Notes under the pieces: model-generated
What the model saw: only the letters and a program-made list of their open reading frames with translations
Told to the model about the DNA's origin: nothing
Databases searched by the model: none
DNA from: Rhizophagus irregularis
Lineage: Eukaryota
Assembly (NCBI RefSeq): GCF_026210795.1
Contig: NC_089435.1
Span: 4,464,001-4,528,000 of the forward strand
Direction of reading: 5' to 3'
DNA length: 64,000 nt
Program-made: the position numbers and the translations under genes
In this document: piece after piece, positions 20,482 through 32,813 of the stretch
Layout: each line of letters opens with the position of its first letter
Numbering within the stretch: the stretch's first letter is position 1

Positions 20482-21261
20482 ATGAAATACGTAATATTCG
20501 CAGCGGACGAAGTCAAGCCCTCGAAAAAATATCAGGGTGATCTTCATGCACCGGCATGGCCTTTTCGAATTATAGTTGCAGGGGCTAGCAATTCGGGTAA
20601 AACGAATATGATTCTAAACCTGCTGGTGATGAACAAATTTTACTATATGTTTAGGAAAAAAAAGAGTTCTAAAATAGGTGAGCGCAATGTTAAATGCAAT
20701 GACGTGATACTTTGTGGCCACCATCTTAACGAGCCTAAATATAGAATTGTTCGAAACTTTTATAAATATCTTGCGCAAGATAAATCCAAGCCATACTATT
20801 AAGATATTACATTCTCTACACTCACTCCTGATAAAATTCCAGATCCAAAAAAGTTCAATGTTAAAAGAAGTAAACTAACGATATTTGAGGATGTCTGCTC
20901 AGACCCTCCAGCTATACAGAAAAAAATTATTCCATATTTTAGTAGAGGTCACCACGAGAATATTTCTTCTATTTATGTCTCACAAAAATTTCACAGGATT
21001 TCTACGGATATTCGTGAAAATGCAACGCATATTGTACTCTTCAGTAGTGGAGGTTCAACCCGAAAACTTGCTAACATTATAAGTCCTTATACAGATGCTG
21101 ATCCGCACAAAGCTTCAAAGGTCATCGATGGTTATTTGAAATAAAAGGAATTTGTGGTCATCGATATAAATAAACCGAGATCTGAATCCTTTTCACTTTG
21201 ATGGGACACTCCGCTCAATTTGGAAAAGGAAATCGAATCGTTGGGCAATACTTCCAACTAG
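20482..21261 (+). pseudogene. Second A32-like packaging ATPase, disrupted
   Basis: APAWPFRIIVAGASNSGKTN; read-through gives TIFEDV, YFSRGHHENISSIYVSQ, DIRENA, EFVVIDI; three in-frame stops. Confidence 0.88.
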
Positions 21262-21288
21262 CTGTGCCGACAACCAATTACCTGATAA

Positions 21289-21993
21289 TCATTTACCTGC
21301 CAAATCCCGAAATGTGTATTTTTTCTGAACCTCTAGGTCATATTCAGATTCTCTATGTCGTTTCGCCCATAAATCTCTTTCACAATTGCTGGAATACGTT
21401 TCCGGTTCTGTAGTTACATCACTGTACTTCGTGTAAGAAAGAATCTGATCAACAAAAGCGATAATTTTTCTATCCTTGGCAGAGATAACATCCTCCAAAT
21501 GCCGTCATTTATTCTCTAATAGGTCAATAGACTTTTCAGCCAATGCAAGAGCTTTTTTCGTATCAGGGATTATACTCTTGAAATAAGCTACCGAATTTGA
21601 TAATTTGGCGACTTTCTCACCACTTTCCTCTAAAGACTTGGTCATAGCTACCTCACGAGACTTATACTGTTCTTGCAAATCGAGAAGCTCTTCAATCTTT
21701 TTTTCCAATACCTGCTTTGATATACACAACTCCTCATTTTCTTGCCTTAACGAAGTTTCACAGTCGCTAGTAATAGGCTTCATCTTCTGACACTTTTTTT
21801 GCTTAATATAATTTCCAACCGCCTTATTTAACAAATCTTCCACTTCGGGATGGATACTACTTGCCTGTTCTATCGATAATGGATGTTTTTGTGAAGTAAG
21901 ACGTTGCCATGTATCTATTTTGATGGAACGAAAAAGCTGGTTAAGTTGCTTTGAGTAATATACGTGAAAAGATGGCGTTAGTATACCGGTCAT
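21289..21993 (-). pseudogene. Hypothetical coiled-coil protein (one premature stop)
   Basis: ORFs 21505..21993 and 21289..21498 are in frame; convergent with ATPase 2. Confidence 0.5.
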
Positions 21994-22199
21994 TTCTTAT
22001 AGATAATAAAAAATTTTGAGAATTTTATAGATTCAGAAATTTGCCAAGAAAATTTTCTGGGACATAATGATGTTTCTCGAGGAAAATGCTAAGAATTTTT
22101 TTATTATCTAATACACTGCTTTATTAATAATATAACTTAATAAAAATTACATGTATGAAATCTCTATTCTATGAATTTTTGGGGGTCGTAACTGTTACT

Positions 22200-24061
22200 A
22201 CCATTTCACTAGAACTATGCTCACTATCCCCAGAGTCAGAACTATATAATGTTTTGTGAATCGTACATGTGACGGCCGTTCTCAGAGTCATCAACGCATG
22301 TATAAGCGGGTATACGGCATTTGGGGAAGTCATATGCAACGGAATTGTTGCCTCCTCTATTAAACAGTACTTGTAAATTCCTGATTCTTTTCACATAGCA
22401 TAAAGTTCTATAACATCGCCTAGAAATGGATCGAGCGGAATATGAATGATTTATGAATATATAAAAAAATAGAAGTAAATTATTCGTACCTGCGATGTTA
22501 ATAGTGAATATGGTCAGATTCTGCCTCCTCGATAGTTGGTTAAATATCTTTTTAAGGTTTTTTATATTCCTCGTGGTGTCGATAGAATCCTTGGAAAAAC
22601 GTATTAATTTTTTGTGATCACGATCCCGCTTATCTTGACTGGAATTAGGTCTACCGATCTCAAGATAAACAATTTCAAGTTCAGCATTTTTCTGAACTGG
22701 GCTACCATCATATAATCGGCTCTTCAGGCAATTTTACGAGAACCTTTTCGTATGGCACTAGCTGAACTCCCTTCTTCACTCCTTAATTTAGAAAACATTA
22801 ATTATAGCAGATATGATAGTGGAGTAATGAAACTTTTTGAGCTAAGCCTACCATATATCCCATGCTATCGGGTTTCCTGGTAAATCGCTCATCATTATAT
22901 TTAGTAATGGCGCAAGCACCTCACAAACATATGATCCTTCATTTATCAATTTCCCTTCTTTATATATGCATCATATTTTGGCGATTTCCAAACCTTGAGC
23001 CTATAATTATTTATTGGTTAATGAGCAAAGTAAAAAATTATATAAACAGATTTCGGCAATAATTGCTCGCCAGTGACTTACATAGATTCTAATATCCGTT
23101 TTGTTAAATCTTGTAATTCTTCGGGCTTATCCAACCATTCTCCATAATTAATATTACCCAAAAGTTCGTCTATGTTAATTTTCAATTCTTCGTTTTGGAT
23201 AAATTCTTTATAAGCTTCCATTATATCATGATTCTGTTCTAACTTATATTTTTGAAATGGTTCCTTAAAAATATCAGAAACTGATCCAGGCATATTTGTA
23301 AAGGGTTCTGACTTGATATCTAGAACACCTGAACAAATCGGATGATCGAATCCAAGATTCTTCACATTTATTTCCTCAAGTTCTGTTTCTATTCTCTCCC
23401 ACATGGTTTTCTCATAACTAGCGCTCTCAGTCATGCATCGTCCAATGTCACGCTTCAAAGATCGTAAATTTGTATTTGCATCTTCATACCAGGCTTTTGT
23501 ATCGATTACTAACGCTTCCATTTCTGAGAGTGAACATAGATCTTTGAATGCAGTTGCGACCTAAAATGTATTTAAAATTAGTCTCCAAGGCTCGTTTGAC
23601 AAATAATTTATTTTTACATCACGGGATCAGATTAGGTTTTCATTTTCATAAAGTCTCAAATGCCGGCAAAATGTTTGGTATGTAGCTATATGGTATAAAA
23701 CTAGTTACTACTGTGTGGGAAGTAATAATATTACAACAGACATCAGCCTCTTCGCTAGTGATAATACCATACTAGAAAACCTAAAAAAAACATGTCATCA
23801 TATCCATATATTCATTATGAAAATAGTTTATCACATTACCCGTTTCGCCAGTTTTTTTCCAGTGCCGAAATTTTGAAGCTTCTTTTTTCGTTCAATGTTC
23901 TCTGAGGGGACTTGTTCTAAAACTCTTTTCAGAACATTTTCAAAGTTCTCTACCTCCTTTTCAAGAACACCTGTCCATCCACCTTGCTCCACTCATACGA
24001 ACAATGCTGTGGAAATCCTGACGATACTGAGAGGCTCTCTCGTTAAAAGGAATTCTTCCAT
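22200..24061 (-). pseudogene. Intron-containing host-type gene with a PD-(D/E)XK-like C-terminal domain, decayed
   Basis: Exon 23078..23521; downstream RADYMM...LEIVYLEIGRP...DKRDRDHKKLIRFSKD; GT-AG intron-like segments; exon structure uncertain. Confidence 0.4.
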
Positions 24062-25000
24062 ATTTTAATATAGTGAAAGTTAAATATTAGTGAAAAGCTT
24101 GCTAGGCGAAGTAAAAAATAATGTACAGTAAATTTTAATACCTTTTCGTCATACTGCCTTTTTAAATGTCTCGCATTCCCACATTCTCATTTCTTTGAGC
24201 ACGAGTTCTGTGTTTGGGAAGAGATAGGAGAAATATGCAAGGCACTTTACGCCAAAATTTTGTGTTCGAGAATAAGGGCATGTGGAATGTGCATTGAAGA
24301 TCTAGATATTTTCAAAGGGTATTGGGGATAATGCATATACGAAGTTTTTTTTCCGCCCGACCGCTTAATACTAAGATCCAGTAACATATGTTCAGCTCAG
24401 AATATAATAGAAATAGTCCGTCCTTCCAGAGCAAATATTCATATCAGTAATGCTATTCCGTGAGAAAAAATTCGAAATATTTTTTGGGGGGATCGATTTA
24501 TGTGTGAAATTATTTTGTCATACAAGCATAGTTTCACAGATGATTTGTGGAGTATCATCTATTACATCATATATACTTAACGAGGATCGAAAACATGCTA
24601 ATTTATGTCGCACACTGTTCTCCTACATGAATTGTGGCGGAGCAAAGTAAAAATAAATCGATTTATTGTATTATTATAATAATTATGCTAAATACTGAAT
24701 ACATGGTATACTGTATTATTTTGATAAATAATTTATGGCTCGAAAAACTCGTTGCACATATTCAACATTATTGTTAATATCTGAGAAATCTATAATAGTT
24801 AAGTCTCCATCGATAGTACTAATATAGGAAGATTTGAACATGTCAATTTCTAGCGAATTACATGGATATAGTTTACCTTCCTTTTTACATTTATATCACG
24901 CATATTCTGAAATTTTAACAAAGTTTGTAACAATATTGTTATAATAGTCTTTAGTAGTACGGTAATGTCCAGGATTTGCTAGATATTTTAGCATAATAGT

Positions 25001-25894
25001 TCAATCACTATAACCAACGAATCTATAATCTTGCTGATACGATTTTATAAAAGTAACTATATATGCTACAGTAGTTAGTCGAACATATAACTGGTCTTTC
25101 TTATTTTCTGCCCAATTATGTGGAGTATAATGACAATACAAATCACGCAATCTAGGTTCATTCTGATGATGTGCAGGTACATCTCTGGCTAGAATTCTTC
25201 GACCAAAATAGTTTACATATTGATCATCAGGAATTCTTATATCACGAGGAGTTATACCTAAATATTTCTTCTCGTCAGGAGTATTATCATTTCTCACTAT
25301 ATTTCAAACTCGTTTTACCCAAGTTTCAGGTCTCAACTTAAAAGTTCTCCAAGCCCGTTGGATAACTTTTGCACTATTAATTAAACAATTGACATACCTT
25401 TTCCTATTTTCAAATTCATATGCATAACTAAATTTAGCCCAGTATTTACTGAATATAAAACCAAATATTTGATAAATCTTTTCAATCTCGTCATCACTTA
25501 GTTCTGATGATACTCCTTTTTTCACATTTTTCTGTATAGGATTAGAATATGCAATATGCCTTTTTGCTGTTTTAGCAATACATTTCTTCAGATGATCATT
25601 ACCACATTCAATGGTATTTTCACGAATAATTACTAAGGAGTCACATACAGTGCAATAAATATGAAATGAGCATCTCCCAGTTTTAAATTTCCCATCTTTA
25701 TATGATCTTTCAATCATTTGAATAAATCCATTCTTCGAAAAGTATTTTGGGTTATATTCGAGAAGTTTCTTAAATGGATAATGAACACAAGAACACCACA
25801 TTTCTGGTGTTTCACCACTATACTTATATTGCAGATTGTTCAATGCCTGCACTACTGCAGGATTCAAACCATTATGGTTGTTAGATTTAGCCAT
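25001..25894 (-). pseudogene. Hypothetical intronless protein with CxxC and an IQ-like motif (one in-frame stop)
   Basis: ORFs 25304..25894 and 25001..25297 are in frame; HIYCTVCD, SAKVIQRAWR. Confidence 0.5.
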
Positions 25895-26213
25895 TTTACA
25901 GATATAGGGAGTTTATAGCGAATTTGATGATTTATAGCGGTTTTAAAGACTTATAGCTATAGCAAGTATATTATAATAAAATATCATATTCATTTTTATT
26001 CGATTGTTCAGGTGAAAACAGATTCATATTTTTTTTGATTGCTCAAAGAACTTTGGGTGAAATAAAAAATAAAGGCCGAGACATGGCTCATCCCATTATA
26101 ACGATGTTTTATTATTTCTGAAATAAAAAATGTTGCCCAAGCAACTGATACATAAAGTTGTGAATATATCGCTGTTACATTAATGCAAATAAAAAAATAT
26201 TAATTATCTGTGG

Positions 26214-26705
26214 CTAGTACAGTCCTGATTTTGCTACAATCCATTCACTCGAACTAGATCTAATATCAGCAATAACAATTGCATGATCTTCAACTGCCAC
26301 AGGTTGCTTTTCAGGAATAGTTGCAATTTGTGTGTCACTCTCGTTCAAAGCGAAAAGTTGAGGCCTAATAGATTCCGGATCAGCTAATACAAAGTATAAC
26401 CTGTCTTTATTATATAACCCGTCTCCATTATATTGGACAGCAAGCCCTCTTCTAACATTAGTAATAGTATATCCGCCGGTGCCTTTTTCTTTTTTAACAT
26501 ACCATCGCTGATCTTGATTTACATCATCAAGATTGCAGAGACCAATTCGATCAGCAAATACTGTCCAATAATAATATGGAGCTTCCTTCTGTTGAATGGT
26601 ATAGGTTCCATCTTGAACAGCATCTATAGTACCACTAAAAGAACTATTAAAAAAGTAAGTATTAATAATAAATAATTAGCAAGAGAAAAATTTTACTTAC
26701 GACAT
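26214..26705 (-). CDS. Two-exon 144-aa beta-trefoil / ricin-B-lectin-like protein (not in the ORF track)
   Basis: Exon 1 ATGTC 26705-26701, intron GTAAG…TAG 26700-26644, exon 2 26643-26214: MSSFSGTIDAVQDGTYTIQQKEAPYYYW…NQDQRWYV…GGYTITNVRRGLAV…SSEWIVAKSGLY*; QxW motif. Confidence 0.7.
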
Positions 26706-27199
26706 TTCGTTGTAATACAAAGTTTTTTTGATTTAACGAGGTTTAGGAGGCCTCTTTAAATAATGATGAAGCCATCTTGATTTGTGTACCAAGTTGGTAT
26801 GTGCAATGTTGACAATTCATGTATCACACATACCAAGACTTGGCATGAGAAATTTTATGTTTTAATCGCCCCAAAATTTGATGTTCAGATAATTTTTTTC
26901 ATTGTATTCCTGCATATCAGTAAAGGCTTCAATGGAGACAAAAACAATTTGCACATGATAAAATTCGCTTAATATACTTAATCAGTGCCAAATCAGTTTG
27001 TGCATGAGAAAATCATATTTACACGGAACTTGGAAATGGGACTTAGAATGAAATGTTCAAGGTATACATCGTGTTTTTATGCGATCACAGATGACAATCA
27101 TTTTGCATTGGCGATTATATGATAAGATTTTTATTTTTCCGGAAATGTGTATGCGTTATGGATTGCACAAATGTATCAACTGACCATCGCCTTTGCAAT

Positions 27200-27790
27200 T
27201 CACACATTTTAAAAAATCAAAGTAAAGCTATTTATTATATTTTTCGTAAAGTAATACATGAGAAATAGGCCGGCTAAGAAAAAAATGAAAGTAAAAATGA
27301 TAGAGTAGTAGGATGTTTCAAGGGAGGAAAGGCATAAAAGAACATGCCTGCTTGATAAGCCTGCTGAGCCTTAATCCATGTAGTGGGCAGTTCCTTTACC
27401 TGAATGTAAATGTGATTACATATTAATAAAAGATACAGTATTGTGATTATCTCAAATGGAAGTATAAAACGGGAATCATTTTAATTCTTCGATTGTTTAC
27501 ACGCATAATGACGCTATTATGTATTTCCCTCAAATGAAAGTATAAATCGGGAATCATTTAGTTTACTATCATGAGAGTTAATAATCATCTGAATAACACA
27601 TGTATTGATTTATATTTACATTTGTAAAACGCACACATTTTAAAAATCAATCAAAACATTCTTTATTGCAAAGTAATACATGAGAAAGGGCCAGCCTGCT
27701 ATGTAAAAATGAAAGTAAAAAATAATAGAGTAGCAGGTTGTTTCAAGGGAGGAATTTTGCCGAGCCCCAACCCATATAATGGCAGTTCCT
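27200..27790 (+). repeat. Diverged direct duplication (~27200-27400 vs ~27631-27790)
   Basis: Both copies share cacacattttaaaaa, aaagtaatacatgagaaa, aaaaatgaaagtaaaaa, tgtttcaagggagga, ggcagttcctt. Confidence 0.75.
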
Positions 27791-27796
27791 TCCCCG

Positions 27797-28759
27797 CTAC
27801 TCTGCATTATTATTAAAACTAGCTACCCATGTGTTTATCTGATTAACAGTACCAACTGTATTGCGACCAACACCACTATAAAAATTTTTCACTGTTGAGA
27901 TTTTAATACTCCCTCCAAGACTACGAATATCTACCGCTATCGAGTAACACATCTCATCAAAAGTATAATTCCTCACCTTCATAAGTCGATCAAAGTGTTG
28001 TTTAAAGCGAATTTTAATGTCTCCAGTAATATCAAAAATTCCAGATAAATTGGAACTTCCAGAAGAAGAGCTTGGAGACAAATTAGTTGAAGAGTCTCGC
28101 GAATTAGTTTCAGATTCATTGGTCGAATTAACTTCAGATTCATTGAACACACTTTGTTGGTCAAAATCGGATCTTTGAACTACTGCGTAATGTTGATTTG
28201 TTTCGTTTTGGAGATTTTCGATAACAACATTAATTCTGCTAAATTCATTATGGCAGGCTTCTTCGATATTATTAACTTTCGTAGTTATGTTATTGACCAT
28301 TAAAAAAATTTTCTGTGCCTCCCTAGTGAAGTCATCATCACATGCCTTATTTTTTTCAGCTTCCGCGGTAAGTTTACTATTAAGTTCAGTGTTAATTTTG
28401 CTGAACCCCGCATTAACTTCTTCATTAAGTTTATTATTAAAATCATTATTGATCCTGCCGAGTTTCGCAGTGAAAGTAGAATTAATATCGGAAATACATG
28501 TGTCAAATTTATCATTAAGTTCAGTAAAGATCTGGTCATAAAGTGACCTCTTTCTGATTTCCGGTATATTATTTAGTATACCAAGATCGATGAGAATTTT
28601 GATGACATGTGCGGAAAGTTCATCGGAAATTTTTTGTTTGAGATTTGACCACATGGTAGCGATCCCCATGATTAACACTGGACCAATGAACAAAAAAACA
28701 GCGGTTAAGGTCAAAAAAGGCATGACTCCCGAAGAGTTGAGCAATGATAAACTGGACAT
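27797..28759 (-). CDS. 320-aa protein: N-terminal TM segment, coiled coil, Ser-rich linker, possible C-terminal HTH
   Basis: Intact ORF; FLTLTAVFLFIGPVLIMGIA is hydrophobic; C-terminus YTFDEMCYSIA…IKISTVKNFYSG…TVNQINTWV. Confidence 0.7.
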   Translation of the reverse strand: MSSLSLLNSSGVMPFLTLTAVFLFIGPVLIMGIATMWSNLKQKISDELSAHVIKILIDLGILNNIPEIRKRSLYDQIFTELNDKFDTCISDINSTFTAKLGRINNDFNNKLNEEVNAGFSKINTELNSKLTAEAEKNKACDDDFTREAQKIFLMVNNITTKVNNIEEACHNEFSRINVVIENLQNETNQHYAVVQRSDFDQQSVFNESEVNSTNESETNSRDSSTNLSPSSSSGSSNLSGIFDITGDIKIRFKQHFDRLMKVRNYTFDEMCYSIAVDIRSLGGSIKISTVKNFYSGVGRNTVGTVNQINTWVASFNNNAE

Positions 28760-29809
28760 GATTAGGCGTAGTAATTTTATTAAGAGATTTTATTGGTGGA
28801 TCAAGTTTTTTAGATATACTTTTTTTAATATGCAATCTCTTGCGTAAATGCGCTGGAAAAAAGGTTTATTTTATACTGTATACCTACTACGCGCGAAAAG
28901 AGAATTTAACCCGATTTAAATATTAGATCAAATAAAAAATTACGTTGCTTCATTATGTGTACTTGTCATTATTACATTTTTTCATAATTATATTTTTTCC
29001 ACCTAAAGCAATAAAATGACAGCCTGGATCCCGTCCAATAATAACAAATGTCTCTCCCTTGAATTGTAATAATAGCGCTTAAAAAAATCCGAAGAAATCC
29101 GATTGATGCCTAGTTGGTAACTGATTTTTTCAATTTGATACCAATCGGGCTGCCCGATTGATAGTTGATTTCTGCCAAAATCCAACAACAACCGGCTATC
29201 ATCCGGGCTGCCCGATTGGTGACAAATTGAGAGTCAATTGATGGCTGAACGATGGTCAATTAATGGTCAATTGATAACCGATTGATGACTTATTGGATTT
29301 GCTTAATCCGACAGCAATCGGGCAGTATCTGATTAATGACCGATTGGTAGCGTATTAATGACCGATTGATAATGTATTGATGACTGATTAATAGCTGATT
29401 TGTAATAGCCGATTGGTAAAATCAGTTTTATAAAATGTTTATGATGCACCTATTTTATTTATTATATATTTATTTACGCATTATTAATTACAAATTATTA
29501 AAAATAATGGTTTTAATTCCAGCCTACATGCGCTTTATTAATTACAATTTACAATATATTCAAAAATTTGATTGTACAATCATAGTTGTAAATATAATTT
29601 ATTTCAAATGGGAACTTATATCAATGTATACAATCATAATAAAAGTAATATGATTAAGCGAAAATCGGTACGTTTTTGTTTCTGATTGTTCTGATTGCTA
29701 ACAGGAACGAATTTAAAAATAAAGAATTAATAAATGTTATACATTAAACGAACAAACAAGTTATTAGAAATAAATGGTGATGAAATCTTGCTTACCAAAC
29801 TCCTAACGA

Positions 29810-30890
29810 ATGTCCGTCAGAAATCGAGTTTTCCAATTACTGAAAGTAGGAACAGCTTAAAGACCATCATGTTAATCATCGAATGAATGAAATTCGTCAA
29901 AATCGATAGATATACAAATTCGTTTCTAAAAATGAAATAAAATACGGTTCATTTCTGATTTTTTGAGAAATCTTGCGAATTAGAATATGAATAAGGACGT
30001 ACATTAATCAATCAATCAACATGAGCAACTATTTAATAAAGAACCGCTGACAAATGCAATAATTAATTTTTGCTCCTCGGCACAGTACTTCTACATTTCG
30101 TCAGAAATCGAGTTATCCAATTGCTGAAAGTAGGAGCAATTTAGATCTGACCGAAACGTTAATTATTGACACGTTAAATATCTCAAACGAATTGTGCTAG
30201 GAATGAACTCACCTTTAAAGTTCGTCAAAACCGGTAGTTACACTTCGCTTCTGATTGAAGAAAATGAATTTAAAAATATATGTCGGTAGGGTGAAAATCG
30301 GCAGTGTTTATTTCCGATTTTCGAGAAATCTCATGTATTAGCTAATCCTACAAAATATGAGTAAGGTGTACGTTAATCAATCAATCAACGCAACCATTAA
30401 ATGGCACGATCATTATTACATCTTCATCGCTAGCAAACTGAAGGCTTTTCACTCCTTTTGATATACATGAAAAAATACACATAACTATGTTATATATCAA
30501 AAAAAAGCATACCTATTTTACTCCATTAGCCCACCATAAAACTGGTCATAGTTACTGATATCAGAGATGAGTTTGCCGATTGCTGAAAGTAGGAACAATT
30601 TAAAGATACCGTCACGTTAATTATCTAAACGAATTGTGCTAGGAATGAACTCACCTTTAAAGTTTTTCAACACCGGTAGATACACTTCGTTTCTGATTGC
30701 AGAAAACGAATTTAAAAATATATGTCAGTAGGGTGAAAATCGGCAGTGTTCATTTCCGATTTTTGAGAAATCTTATGTATTAGCTAATCCTACAAAATAT
30801 GAGTATATCAATCAATCAACGCAACCATTAAATGGCACGACCACTACATCTTCACCGCTAACAACAAACTGAAGGCTTTTCGCTCCTTTT
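29810..30890 (+). repeat. Degenerate direct repeats (three related copies; ~30100-30460 vs ~30560-30890 are closest)
   Basis: Shared tcaga-at-gagtt…ctgaaagtagga, aacgaattgtgctaggaatgaactcacctttaaag, aatcaatcaacgcaaccattaaatggcacga. Confidence 0.8.
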
Positions 30891-31964
30891 GTCTTTGAAG
30901 TATCCGTTACGAGATAGTATTCCCAACGTGTGATTTTACAAAAAATGTCCGCCCTTGATGTGGAAGGTACTTAGGAACCACCTCGTCTTCCGATTAATGA
31001 GACCCTAGATCAGAGGAGGCTAGCCTATCAGGTACAAGCACCTTACAACTTCATCCCTAGGTCGTCAAAAATCTCGGGTGGTTCCAGACCACAGCGTACT
31101 ATATGTAAAAATATGCATGAAAAAAAATACATAACTAGAATGTTATATCAAAAAAAAGTATACCTATTATTACTTACCATAATACCATTAGACCCATCAG
31201 TCAGGCTTGCCTCTAAATGAAGTTTATCAAAATCGGTATATATACATTTCATTTCTGATCGCTGAAAACGAATAAAGTTTATTTCGTTAGAAGTGAAGAT
31301 CAGTACAAATATTCGCTTACCATTTTTAAAGTTACACTCAGTAAAATGAAAATTGAAAGAAATATGCATTGTCGTTCTATATTTCACTTCGATTGAGTGT
31401 GAGGAGCAAAGAAGTATTAAATTCATCAAAAAATCGGCATGTTCTCGTACCTATAAAAACAGGAGGATATTTGAAACACAACTCAATGAAACCTGTTTTA
31501 CAAAAAGGAAATAGTGAAGGTTAGCGATAAATAACAGTTTCCGTATCTGTCTCCAGAATAAAATTGGAATATTCCCGTTCACGATTGTTGAATGTGAAAG
31601 TGCTTATTATTATTAATTTGTTATAAACTCGTACAGCTAAGTAACTGACATACCAGTATGTCAACCATTGTCAGTGAATGAGTCCAATAATTTCACACCA
31701 TATATTATGGGCGTAGAAAGTAAATGGTGATATAATAAGCAAAAATAAACAAAAAATAGGCAACGCATTCGTAAGATGGTATAAGAAAAATTCACAAATA
31801 GGCAAAACGGCAAAAGAAGAAAAATTCGCAAATAGGCAAACGGCAAAAAGAAGAAAAATTCGCAAATAGGTAAAAAGGTTTTGTTGTAAACAAAATGTGC
31901 TTATTTCCATATTTATCGTAATCAAACAGAGATCTGGCCAATCAGATTAAATTTTGATGATCCA

Positions 31965-32373
31965 GATTATACATGTTGCCGAAACTTTTTTTCAATTTCG
32001 GCTTCATTTCGGCTCCAAAATATAGCTACTTATAGATATATCAATAAATTTTTTTAAACCTCAGATAATTTGGGCCAGATCTGCAGCAACTTTTAGCAGA
32101 CTTCAGAAAATTTCGGCATAATCTGTAATAATTTCGAATCGGACTTTAAAGTTTTGGCCATATATTAAATATAGGTTGTCTGAAATTCCAGAGCCCTGCC
32201 GAAATTATGTAAGTTGGTCGAAATTCCTCAAAAGTTCTTTCATAGGTTCTTCAGACCCGGATTAACCTATTTGAAGCCTAATTTCAGCCAGATCTATGAA
32301 ATCAGATGATTTTGCTTTGAAGAGTTTGTCATGTGGGCAAAATAGCCGAAATATTTCGGCAACATGTATAATC
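31965..32373. repeat. Inverted repeat: perfect 20-bp arms around a ~370-bp core
   Basis: gattatacatgttgccgaaa (31965-31984) and tttcggcaacatgtataatc (32354-32373). Confidence 0.8.
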
Positions 32374-32684
32374 CAGATCACTAATCAAATTGGACTATTT
32401 GCGTATTATAACAATATATTTGCAAATACGGATACCGATTTATTAGTTAGCCCGACTCGTGAAATTTACAAAATTTAGCAACTTTGCGTATATATGTCGA
32501 TTTCTAAATTAATGTCAAAAATAATCTGGCTGGTAATCCGCAGCTAGATTAGCTTGATATATCGGTATATCGGTATGATTGTCAGTTGATGAAATAAAAT
32601 AAAAAAATTAGGTATTGTGAAAATTGAACCAAAAAGGTTGTCTCAGTCTTTAATTTCTTTTCAATCTGTTTGACTCAAGCATTA

Positions 32685-32812
32685 TATTTACTGATATATT
32701 TATTAAATTTACTGATATTTATTAAATTTACTGATAGATTTATTAAATTTACTGATATATTTATTAAATTTACTGATATATTTATTTATATTTATTAAAT
32801 TTACTGACATAT
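32685..32812 (+). repeat. ~20-bp minisatellite (tttattaaatttactgatata)
   Basis: 5-6 tandem copies immediately after the stop codon of the accessory gene. Confidence 0.9.
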
Positions 32813-32813
32813 T

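Larger units (their letters stand above)
8087..22115. mobile_element. Virus-like cassette 2 (PolB, TM coiled-coil, Gag-like, retropepsin, integrase-nuclease, ATPase); boundaries approximate
   Basis: Continuous intronless gene array with the same core genes as cassette 1; no terminal inverted repeat (TIR) pair or TSD found. Confidence 0.55.

Noticed and set aside
1..22115. Canonical Polinton/Maverick call
   Set aside because: No protein-primed PolB, adenain protease or recognisable jelly-roll capsid in view, and no AGT…ACT TIR pair confirmed; the left part of cassette 1 is outside the window
21990..22115. Imperfect inverted repeat (tagataataaaaaa…ttttttattatcta) followed by ATACA, as the right TIR of cassette 2
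   Set aside because: AT-rich and no matching left copy or TSD found; used only as an approximate boundary
29003..32478. Short ORFs in the CACTA left arm
   Set aside because: Mostly non-ATG starts, derived from repeats, with no recognisable motifs
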